Source: Ignicoccus pacificus DSM 13166 (GTDB taxonomy: Archaea; Thermoproteota; Thermoprotei_A; Sulfolobales; Ignicoccaceae). Taken from it: a stretch of DNA of 32,000 nt. The stretch is taken from positions 1,050,001 through 1,082,000 of the forward strand of contig CP006868.1 in assembly GCA_025340205.1 (NCBI GenBank). Reading direction: 5' to 3'. A model generated the notes under the pieces. That model was not told the origin of the DNA. It made no database searches and saw only the letters and a program-made list of their open reading frames with translations. How positions within the stretch are numbered: the stretch's first letter is position 1; the number at the start of each line of letters is the position of its first letter. Below, in pieces: positions 1 to 7,218 of the stretch. Made by a program: the position numbers and the translations under genes.

Positions 1-325
1 CCAGCCTTTCCTCAGTTGCTTTGATATCATCCCTAAGCCTCTTCTCACAATTATCTATCTTCTTGTCGAGTCTTTCCTCTGTTGCCTTGATTTCAATTCT
101 AAGCTTCTGTTCAGTCTCCTTTATCATTTCTCTGTTCAATTGAATCTGCCTTGAAAGCTCATCGTACCTAAGCCTCACTTCATTTAGAACCATGAAGAGC
201 AATAGGAAGTTCGCTTCTTCGCTAGTCAAAGGCTTTCCGCTTTGGATCTTGTTTATCAACTCTCCGAACTTCTCTCTTGCAAAATCATAGGCAATCTCTA
301 AAGTCTTATCGACCAGGAAGGCCAA
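1..325 (-). CDS. hypothetical coiled-coil protein, N-terminal part only (gene runs off the left edge)
   Basis: The minus-strand frame is open from TTG at 325 to position 1, with an in-frame TAA 6 codons upstream and no ATG. It translates to LAFLVDKTLEIAYDFAREKFGELINKIQSGKPLTSEEANFLLLFMVLNEVRLRYDELSRQIQLNREMIKETEQKLRIEIKATEERLDKKIDNCEKRLRDDIKATEERL. The K/E/R-rich heptad-like composition includes a repeated IKATEERL unit 22 aa apart. It is absent from the ORF track because it is edge-truncated. Confidence 0.45.
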   Translation of the reverse strand, partial: MAFLVDKTLEIAYDFAREKFGELINKIQSGKPLTSEEANFLLLFMVLNEVRLRYDELSRQIQLNREMIKETEQKLRIEIKATEERLDKKIDNCEKRLRDDIKATEERL

Positions 326-514
326 AGTTGAGCCCCGTCCTTAATGCTTTGAGGTAGTATTTGTGTGAAGAGAGTTAGGTGAAAGTACTGTGCTTCGAAT
401 ATCAATACTCAAGAGCAGTACTTAAACGAAGAACTAATCGAAAAGGAGGAAAGGCCATCTCTTTAGAGCTAGCGAACTCAAACACCTCTTGTTGCTTAGT
501 ACAGCGGTAAGACG

Positions 515-1348
515 TTGCTGCTCGTGTTAACTCCTTGTAGAGGAATGGGGGCTCGATTCCTCTCGTTCGAATTCGCTTCGATGTTAAAGACCTCCTCCTT
601 GCTTCGCAAGGTTTACTTACTTGATCTCAGCTCCGAACAGCTCTCTTCCTTCAATATATCGAGGAACTGCTTCTACGACTACTTGGTAGGGGACAGAGGA
701 ATCTCAAACGTCTTCGCCAGAATGCCCCATCCAGATCTCGACGGAGTTCTGGTATCTCGCTTGCTGGGAACTTGCTACGTCGAACCGGAGGAACTCTTTA
801 AGACCTTGAACGATGCGGAGGTGGTTCAGAACTTCATCAACTTCGTTAGAGTTGCCGAAGGTGAAGAAGGGGTAGGCTTGGTAATCTTCATGCCACTGGA
901 TCCAATAGGGATTCATTTTCTAAGGATTCTCGATTCGACTGACGTGAACTACACTTCAATATACGTCATAGGTGAGATGAACTACTGTACCTCAACTCCA
1001 ATACCGAAATTTATAAGAAACATCCACGGCATTGTAGTTAACAAAGTACCGAAGGCTATGTTCTTGAGGTTATTCGACGAAATAGATGAAACGGAAGCGG
1101 TTAGGAGCTCTCTCCCGCTAGGCTTAGTCTCAGCGCTGATTCTCGGCCTTACAAGGCATCTCTACGCACATTCGATAAGGGATTACCTTCCAGTGGCCTT
1201 GCGCATGGTACCAGACCAGTCACTGATATCGCTGAGGAACGTGCTGGACTACTTCTTGTTTACGCTGTTTAATAAGGGTGAGAGGAAGGTTTACGGTTAC
1301 ATGGGAGGCGCAGCTTATGAGCGCCCTTTAAGGGCTACTAGCAAGTGA
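515..1348 (+). CDS. hypothetical protein (no recognisable motif)
   Basis: 277-codon ORF in the track. The codon at 515 is TTG. In-frame ATGs at 545 (preceded by gaggaa) and 581 are alternative starts. The 3' end overlaps the convergent Mth938-like gene by 11 nt. Confidence 0.5.
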   Translation: MLLVLTPCRGMGARFLSFEFASMLKTSSLLRKVYLLDLSSEQLSSFNISRNCFYDYLVGDRGISNVFARMPHPDLDGVLVSRLLGTCYVEPEELFKTLNDAEVVQNFINFVRVAEGEEGVGLVIFMPLDPIGIHFLRILDSTDVNYTSIYVIGEMNYCTSTPIPKFIRNIHGIVVNKVPKAMFLRLFDEIDETEAVRSSLPLGLVSALILGLTRHLYAHSIRDYLPVALRMVPDQSLISLRNVLDYFLFTLFNKGERKVYGYMGGAAYERPLRATSK

Positions 1349-1712
1349 TGTGGATTATTCCCAAGACCTTCTTACCCTCCTCTACCAACTCGTTGAACCT
1401 CTCTATCGCTTTGGGTGAAGGTAGGGTGACGTAGCTTATTCCCTTCTCTTCTAGAAGCTTTTTAGCACCTTCCATTATCGGAAGGGCGCCGTAAATTCCG
1501 GTCCCTATTACTACCACTTCGACTCCCTCCTTCAAGTACTTCTCAATCTCTTCCCTTGATAGAGGAGTGTGGCCGTAAAGGCTCTTGTACTTCTTCGAGG
1601 GTTCCTTATCCCTCTTTCTCGTCGTTCCATCCCAGTAGATCACAACGTCATGATGATAAGACTTACCCTTAACTATCACTTCTCCAAAAGAAACTGAGTC
1701 GATGATTCTCAA
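1338..1712 (-). CDS. Mth938-domain (DUF498) protein
   Basis: This is the C-terminal half of the 241-aa track ORF: LRIIDSVSFGEVIVKGKSYHHDVVIYWDG...VEVVVIGTGIYGALPIMEGAKKLLEEKGISYVTLPSPKAIERFNELVEEGKKVLGIIHITC. It fits the Mth938 fold pattern (FG.I.I.G..Y..DVII ... VIGTG ... A...FN.L..EG..V). The proposed start is TTG at 1712, preceded by aggagagaaa. The upstream part of the 241-aa ORF is low-complexity and overlaps the NifX-like gene in another frame. Confidence 0.65.
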   Translation of the reverse strand: MRIIDSVSFGEVIVKGKSYHHDVVIYWDGTTRKRDKEPSKKYKSLYGHTPLSREEIEKYLKEGVEVVVIGTGIYGALPIMEGAKKLLEEKGISYVTLPSPKAIERFNELVEEGKKVLGIIHITC

Positions 1713-1729
1713 TTTCTCTCCTAATAGGA

Positions 1730-2044
1730 CTAAGAAAACAGCTCCTTTAAAACTTCCTCGACAGGAGTTCCCGGTTCCTTCTCTATATACCTCATCCCTA
1801 GCTCGGTGACCCAGTCCCTTCCCCCGTGTCCTTGCAGGGGAGGTCCGACTACCACTTCCACCCCCTTGCTCGCCAAGAACTCGGCTAAGGTTCTGCCTCT
1901 CCTTCTCTCCATCTTTATCGCCGGATTCAACGTCCTCTCCGCTTCCTTCCCGTCCTCGAATATGCACACTAAGGGAGCTAGGCCGAAGTGATGGGCCACC
2001 TTGCACTGACCCTTCAAACACTCGCATACTATTGCGACCTTCAC
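1730..2044 (-). CDS. NifX/NifB-C-terminal-like (dinitrogenase FeMo-cofactor biosynthesis domain) protein
   Basis: 104 aa with a GTG start. MKVAIVCE...VAHHFGLAP...FLASKGVEVVVGPPLQGHG matches the small Nitro_FeMo-Co domain pattern (MKIAI...HFG.A ... L...GV.VVI....G). It lies 17 nt upstream of the Mth938-like gene, so they are probably an operon. Confidence 0.65.
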   Translation of the reverse strand: MKVAIVCECLKGQCKVAHHFGLAPLVCIFEDGKEAERTLNPAIKMERRRGRTLAEFLASKGVEVVVGPPLQGHGGRDWVTELGMRYIEKEPGTPVEEVLKELFS

Positions 2045-2213
2045 GTTCCTTACCCATCTTCAAGGACTTGGAGGAGGTATATTGGTTTAGGCAATGCTAA
2101 TCTGACCGGAAAGAAATTCGATATAGAATGTATAGGCAGCCTCAACCGATTACACCCTTCGAAGTCAAGGCCGAAAAGAGTACAGATGTTCTTCGCTTAC
2201 CGAGGCAGAAATC

Positions 2214-3563
2214 ATGAGCGAGAATCTCTTGATGAGATGCGATCAATGCTCCATGAGCTTAACTGGCGGGTGTACCGTAAGAGGTGTCTGTGGAAAGGAT
2301 CCTGACCTCAACTCACTCCAAGAGGCCCTCATTTACGGCTTGAAGGGTACAGCTGCCTACTACTACCACGCCCTAGAACATGGATATAAGGACCCAGAAA
2401 TAGATGAATTCATGGCCAAGGCTCTTTACATGACTCTTACTAACGTGAATTTCAACAAGGAACACTTCATTAATGCTATATTAGAAAACGGCAGAATTCA
2501 CCTAAAAGCTATGGAATTGCTCGACAAGGCGTACGTGGAGACCTACGGGAAGCCTCAGCCGGTTGAGGTGAGTACGGGAACTGAGGAAGGTCATGGAATT
2601 CTGGTAACCGGTCACTCCTACAAGGCGCTCTACGAGCTCCTCAAGCAGATAAGGGAAATGGGTCTCGAGGATCAGATAAAGGTCTACACTCATTCTGAGA
2701 TGCTCCCCGCGCACTCCTACCCCAAGTTCAAGGAGTTCAGTAACTTGTGCTGTAACTGGGGAGGTAGCTGGGTATACCAGAGGAAGGAGTTCTCCCAGTT
2801 CCCCGGTCCCATACTGGGAACGAGCAACTGTGTGCAAGAACCTCTTCCGAGCTATGAAGATAGAATGTACACCGTAAGCGTGGCCGGTCTGGAAAAGGGG
2901 AAGCATATTGAGGGATGGAACTATAAGGAACTAATCGAGCACGCCTTGAAGACTCCTAAGCTGGAGAAGAAGGAGGGTCCGAAGATAGTCACCGGCTTCC
3001 ACCATACCAACGTGCTACCGTTAATGGATAAGATAATAGACTTAATACACGAGGGCAAGATAAGACACGTCTTCGTCATAGGAGGTTGTGATGTGCCCAA
3101 TCCCAAGATGAGTTACTACGATAAGTTGACAGAGATAGTCCCCAAGGACTCTATAATACTCAGCGCTGCTTGTGCCAAGTTCCGCTATAACATGAGGGAC
3201 TACGGCGACATCGAGGGTATTCCAAGGTTCTTGGACTTCGGTCAATGTAATAACGTATACTCGATAATAGTGCTAGCTGCCGAGCTTGCCAAGAGGTTGA
3301 ACAAGGACCTAAACGAGCTTCCAGTGAGCATAGTGCTCAGCTGGATGGAGCAGAAGGCGGTCGGAATACTCTACACGCTCCTCTACTTAGGAATAAGGGG
3401 AATCTACATCGGTCCCGTGGCACCTCAGTTCTTCACCCCGAACGTGCTCAACCAGCTCGTGAAGAGGTTCGATCTGAGGTTGATAGGAGATCCGGAGGAG
3501 GACTTGAAGCACATGCTGAAGAACGGGAGCAGGGTAGAGGAGGGAACCCCCCTCTCCAACTAA
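2214..3563 (+). CDS. hcp: hybrid-cluster protein / hydroxylamine reductase, short (class III-like) form
   Basis: N-terminal Cys cluster MRCDQCSMSLTGGCTVRGVCGKDPDL. The ~445 aa length and the CNWGGSW, GGCD and FGQCN motifs are typical of Hcp. The true start may be the ATG at 2232 (MRCDQC...). Confidence 0.88.
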   Translation: MSENLLMRCDQCSMSLTGGCTVRGVCGKDPDLNSLQEALIYGLKGTAAYYYHALEHGYKDPEIDEFMAKALYMTLTNVNFNKEHFINAILENGRIHLKAMELLDKAYVETYGKPQPVEVSTGTEEGHGILVTGHSYKALYELLKQIREMGLEDQIKVYTHSEMLPAHSYPKFKEFSNLCCNWGGSWVYQRKEFSQFPGPILGTSNCVQEPLPSYEDRMYTVSVAGLEKGKHIEGWNYKELIEHALKTPKLEKKEGPKIVTGFHHTNVLPLMDKIIDLIHEGKIRHVFVIGGCDVPNPKMSYYDKLTEIVPKDSIILSAACAKFRYNMRDYGDIEGIPRFLDFGQCNNVYSIIVLAAELAKRLNKDLNELPVSIVLSWMEQKAVGILYTLLYLGIRGIYIGPVAPQFFTPNVLNQLVKRFDLRLIGDPEEDLKHMLKNGSRVEEGTPLSN

Positions 3564-4331
3564 CACATTATCTCAAGAGGCTTTTTGCACTCAACGAAGC
3601 TACCCTTCAAACACTTTTCGAGCTTATCTACAAAGCCCTTAACCTCTTCTTCGCTTCCTAAGATATTCGTGAAGTAGTCCTTGTAGGGTTCCTTCAATAA
3701 GTTCATGAGAGGCAGTCCTCCGGTGCTCAAGGGAATCAACGGAAGAAGGACCAAGTCTCTGAAGGTCTCGTGTACGTAGTATATCGCTTCTACCGATGGA
3801 ACCTTGGTAAGGGCAATAGCTGTGGCGTAAGCCGACTCGGGCTTGAAGCCTCCAGTAAGGTTCAAGTAGTACTTGTTCTTACCAGCTATCTCCTTGTTCA
3901 AGCAGCAAGTTAAGCTTAGAAGACCAACGTAGAAGGAGTGAGGTGAGTTCTTGCCTAGCTCCTTGACCACGTAGGCTTTAACAGAAGGCTTCAATTCTCC
4001 TAGAGGAGTCTTGACTCCTCTCCCTAATGCCTTGAATACAGTAGCGTAAGCGACTTGACCCGCGAGAGTATCCGTACAGAGGAGCGTTACCTCATCCACA
4101 TTTTTGAAATTGGAATAGAACTTATTCAAGGCGTTGAGTTCCGCAGACCAAGCCTCAAGATCCTCGGAAACCAAGGAGGCTAGGCGCTCAACTACCTCGC
4201 AGAGCCCCTCTACTCTCCTTTCATTGAGTATGTCCGATACCTTTTCCCTCATCCTCTCGTCAACGTTAAATTTGGGGATTCAAGGCATTTCTCAATATAG
4301 ATGTGCCGACGGTTACCAGGTGGACGTTCAA
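3560..4331 (-). pseudogene. CARF-type CRISPR-associated protein (Cas_APE2256/TIGR02619-like), interrupted by a +1 frame change
   Basis: The main ORF 3560-4252 carries the SAELNAL and NLTGGFK motifs. A 21-codon piece upstream (TTG 4331 to TAA 4266-4268) encodes LNVHLVTVGTSILRNALNPQI, which is the missing N-terminal strand and G-T-S loop of this family. The two frames overlap across 4266-4279, and a one-base shift in CCCCAAATTT (plus strand aaatttgggg, 4268-4277) joins them. Confidence 0.6.
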
Positions 4332-4357
4332 GGGGGATCCCCAGCTCTTCCTAGAGC

Positions 4358-4372
4358 CTTATAGCTAATTTC
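4358..4372. promoter_or_regulatory. shared AT-rich TATA-like element between the divergent CARF and kinase genes
   Basis: cttatagctaatttc is the only AT-rich element in the 56-bp spacer. It sits ~25-35 nt from both proposed starts (TTG 4331 on minus, GTG 4388 on plus), consistent with archaeal TATA spacing and leaderless or short-leader mRNAs. Confidence 0.35.
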
Positions 4373-4387
4373 TCGATACGTAAGCTC

Positions 4388-5278
4388 GTGGGAGCGTTGG
4401 AGATCGAGCTGGACTCGGCGTATCGAAGGGATCAAGTGGAGAGAACTTGTAAGTGGTTCATGGATAGTCATAGAGATATAATAAAGAAAGTAATGGAAAT
4501 TGAGGATAACCAAACGCTGGACATTCCGGAATACCTCAGTCATGAGGACGTATTCGTGAAGATAATTCCCAGTGGCTTCGAGTACGATTGGTTTGTGAAT
4601 TATGGAAAGGAAATAGCGAGGAGGTTGAGGGGAGTAGGAGGAGCCTATCCAGTAATAGGAGCTTGCATGATATCGCCTACCCTTACTGTAGAAGGAGAGC
4701 TTAGCGAGGAGGACATGGAGATGTTAATCTTCGAGTTAATAGCTAACAGAAGCTTGACATTATTCATGAGTGATCTGTTTCCAGGAATGACTTTGGTAGA
4801 GTACGCTGAGAACGCTGATCCCATGAGCTTGAGGGAAGTGTTCGTAGAGGTCGTAGGGGTGGCGGCGGAGGTGGAGAGCTCCGGAGTCCTGCACGGCGAC
4901 ATACATCCGAGGAACGTTATGATCAATAGAGGCGAGGTGGCGCTTGTGGACTTCGACAGCTCTGCCTTGCTAGAGGATCCCTCATCCTTCTACAAGGTCC
5001 CTGGAATACTACCCTATAACCTCATGATATACGTTGAGGAAACTGAAATGAAGGACTTCGCCTCCCTAGTCTTTATGCCTCCAGAGCTCTTGGCGTTAGC
5101 GGACCCCTCATTTGGAAGGAGGTACGAGCAGGTCCAAGACCCGGTAGAGCTGTTGGACTTCCGTGAGCTTGAGAAGGTGTTCGGAAAGGGGTATATGGGA
5201 ATGCTCAAGAAAGCGGTTGAGGGAAACGCTCCTAAAGAGAGGCCGGTAAGGGCCTTGCTTCGCTCCCTCACTTCTTGA
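4388..5278 (+). CDS. eukaryotic-like Ser/Thr protein kinase family protein (atypical N-lobe)
   Basis: Catalytic loop VLHGDIHPRNVMI, DFG-equivalent ALVDFDSS, APE-like FMPPE, C-lobe KERPVRALL, and a possible beta3 lysine in VFVKIIP. GTG start at 4388; an alternative ATG lies ~60 nt downstream (MDSHRD). Confidence 0.65.
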   Translation: MGALEIELDSAYRRDQVERTCKWFMDSHRDIIKKVMEIEDNQTLDIPEYLSHEDVFVKIIPSGFEYDWFVNYGKEIARRLRGVGGAYPVIGACMISPTLTVEGELSEEDMEMLIFELIANRSLTLFMSDLFPGMTLVEYAENADPMSLREVFVEVVGVAAEVESSGVLHGDIHPRNVMINRGEVALVDFDSSALLEDPSSFYKVPGILPYNLMIYVEETEMKDFASLVFMPPELLALADPSFGRRYEQVQDPVELLDFRELEKVFGKGYMGMLKKAVEGNAPKERPVRALLRSLTS

Positions 5279-6608
5279 GCTCCTTCTTGTACTCCTCGAA
5301 TACCCTCTTGACCTTCTCCCTCCACTGAGGGAACTCTTGAGGGCTCTGAGGGTAGTTCTTGTACAGCTCTCTGATCTCCCCCATGTAGTCAGCCACTACC
5401 TTCAGCTTTGCGAGCAAGGAGGGCTTCCCTAGAGCCTTTATCACTCTCATTATCTTATCCGCCGTCTTTATCTCCAGCTTACCCTTCAGGGAAGCTTCAA
5501 GTAAGTCCTCTTCCTTTATTATCTTGTTCTTCATTCCGTAGTTTATCTCATCGTCGCTTAACGATTGGAGGAAGAGCCTAAAGACATCTAAGGCAGCTTG
5601 CTTAGCTCCGTAAGCATTCATGAAGTCTATGTTATAGTGCCACAAGTTCTCCTCTGTGGGCTCCTCCTCCAGGGCCTTTATGGCGGTCTTGGCTAAGAGG
5701 TATGCACCGAGCATTCCGGAGCCTATTCCTCCACCGTGGATGGGGTTGACTTGGTAAGCGGCATCTCCGGCGGCGGCGAATCCGTTGGCTACCATGCTGT
5801 CTAAGGGTCTTCTCGTAGGAACGACCCCTCCACCGGCGTGGAGGACCTTACTACCTTGGAACTCCGGTCTAGGAGCCAAGTACTTGTGGAAGTACCACAT
5901 TGGATCCTTGTGGCCGACTCCGCCCTGAACTCCGAGGCCCACGTTTATCTTCTTGGTGCCGGGGTAGGGGAAGAGCCACCAGTACCCTCCGGGAGCCTTC
6001 TCTTGACTCACGTAGATCCTTATGTAATGCTCATCGGGAACCTGCTCCTTCACCTCCCTTATCTCTCTATAAGCCACAGCCGTGTCCTTGAGGTCCAAGG
6101 GCTCGGAAACGGACCAAGTCTTAGGAAGGGCCCTCCTTACTATGGAAACTACTCCAGAGGCATCTATCACCAATCTAGCTTCTATGGTCTCGACCTTACC
6201 CTTCCTCCTTACGGTTACGCCTCTCACCTTCCCCTCCTTGACTATGGGACCCAAGACCCTTGTCTCGAAGGAGAACTCGACTCCGGCGTCCTTGGCTAGG
6301 GAGTAAAGCCACCTCCCGAAGTTTCTTCTGTTAAGCATGTATCCCTCTCCTGGGACCGTCCAGATGGTCTTTTCGTCAGGAGAGTAGAGCTTGGCTCCCA
6401 CTATCTCTCCTTCGGTAGCCTCTTTAGGAGGGTAACCTATGGGTATCTTCTCGAAGTACTCCTTACTTATGGCATCTCCGCATACCTTGTTTCCTAGCTC
6501 CTCCTCGCTTTTGAGCTCAGTGACCAATACCTTGTAGCCTTTCTCAGCTAAGAACTTGGCAGCTACCAGTCCAGTGGTCCCGGCACCTACTACCACTACG
6601 TCGTACAT
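5268..6608 (-). CDS. geranylgeranyl reductase family FAD-dependent oxidoreductase (digeranylgeranylglycerophospholipid reductase-like)
   Basis: N-terminal dinucleotide fold MYDVVVVGAGTTGLVAAKFLAEKGYKVLVTE, followed by GDAA...NPIHGGGIG and a ~446 aa length typical of archaeal GGR. A TTTTAAAA box sits ~35-40 nt upstream (6643-6650). Confidence 0.88.
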   Translation of the reverse strand: MYDVVVVGAGTTGLVAAKFLAEKGYKVLVTELKSEEELGNKVCGDAISKEYFEKIPIGYPPKEATEGEIVGAKLYSPDEKTIWTVPGEGYMLNRRNFGRWLYSLAKDAGVEFSFETRVLGPIVKEGKVRGVTVRRKGKVETIEARLVIDASGVVSIVRRALPKTWSVSEPLDLKDTAVAYREIREVKEQVPDEHYIRIYVSQEKAPGGYWWLFPYPGTKKINVGLGVQGGVGHKDPMWYFHKYLAPRPEFQGSKVLHAGGGVVPTRRPLDSMVANGFAAAGDAAYQVNPIHGGGIGSGMLGAYLLAKTAIKALEEEPTEENLWHYNIDFMNAYGAKQAALDVFRLFLQSLSDDEINYGMKNKIIKEEDLLEASLKGKLEIKTADKIMRVIKALGKPSLLAKLKVVADYMGEIRELYKNYPQSPQEFPQWREKVKRVFEEYKKELKK

Positions 6609-6736
6609 CTTCCCTAAACCCTACGCGATTCTCCTTTGATTCATTTTAAAAGGAAAGGAGGGAGCGACGGAAAACCTTTACTTTCCATGTTAAGGAAGAA
6701 ACTATTAAGCAAGTATCAAGAGACCAACGACGAGCG

Positions 6737-7159
6737 ATGAAGGCGGTAACGATAACACTCCCACTTCTCCCTTTTGCCTTAGATTTCACGAAGATCTACG
6801 TAGATAGCTACAGCACCCCGTCGCTCACCCTCGTAAGGACTTCTTCGAGAACTATCATCGTTATCAAGATGATTGGGGTGTCTCTCGGAGACGAGGTTGC
6901 TATGCCTATACTGCTTATCTTCGAAGCGCTCGGCAAAGATAATTCGTACAGCGGCAACTTAACGAGGACGACGATCTTCAAGGAACGAGCCTTCATACCA
7001 CCCTACCTCAGCACAACCGCTCTTACTTTCAATGAGACAAACCTTGACGAACTAACTAGCAAGATGATGAACGAGGTGGTAAAGGTTCTGAAGAACTTCT
7101 CTGTAACCCTCGTGATTACCATGTATGCAGAAGATGGATTATGTTCTTCTGGTCATTAA
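6737..7159 (+). CDS. questionable ORF / hypothetical protein
   Basis: This is the only ORF of at least 60 aa with plausible length in the 6609-7218 gap. It has no motif and a composition poorer in K/E than its neighbours. It is retained only because no alternative explains the gap. Confidence 0.25.
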   Translation: MKAVTITLPLLPFALDFTKIYVDSYSTPSLTLVRTSSRTIIVIKMIGVSLGDEVAMPILLIFEALGKDNSYSGNLTRTTIFKERAFIPPYLSTTALTFNETNLDELTSKMMNEVVKVLKNFSVTLVITMYAEDGLCSSGH

Positions 7160-7218
7160 GAGGAGCGCTCTACTGCCTTAATTCTCGCCCAGACGAGCGG
7201 AGGAGGGAGAGAACGAGG

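Noticed and set aside
383-428. Hairpin AGTACTG ... CAGTACT in the 326-514 intergenic region
   Set aside because: It has only a 7-bp perfect stem with a ~24-nt loop in AT-rich DNA. That is too weak to call a structured RNA or terminator.
1338-2063. 241-aa minus-strand ORF in the track
   Set aside because: Its N-terminal ~115 residues are G/R/S/E low complexity and lie in a different frame over the well-supported NifX-like gene (1730-2044). Only the C-terminal ~124 aa (Mth938-like) look real, with an internal TTG start at 1712.
4294-4303. ctatattgag on the minus strand, first read as a TATA box for the 230-aa CARF ORF
   Set aside because: It lies inside the codons TCT-ATA-TTG-AGA (S-I-L-R) of the upstream CARF N-terminal piece, so it is more simply coding sequence of the disrupted gene.
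5838-6306. Plus-strand ORFs of 153, 63 and 74 aa inside the GGR-like gene
   Set aside because: They are antisense to a strongly supported gene and have P/S/L/G-rich mirror-frame composition without motifs.
7062-7135. Possible C/D-box sRNA (agATGATGA ... CTGA ... GTGATTA)
   Set aside because: The spacing between the C box and the first CTGA is ~17 nt rather than ~12. There is no terminal CUGA D box and no terminal stem. Other TGATGA hits (1659, 15711, 15868, 28090, 30226) lie inside CDSs or lack D boxes.
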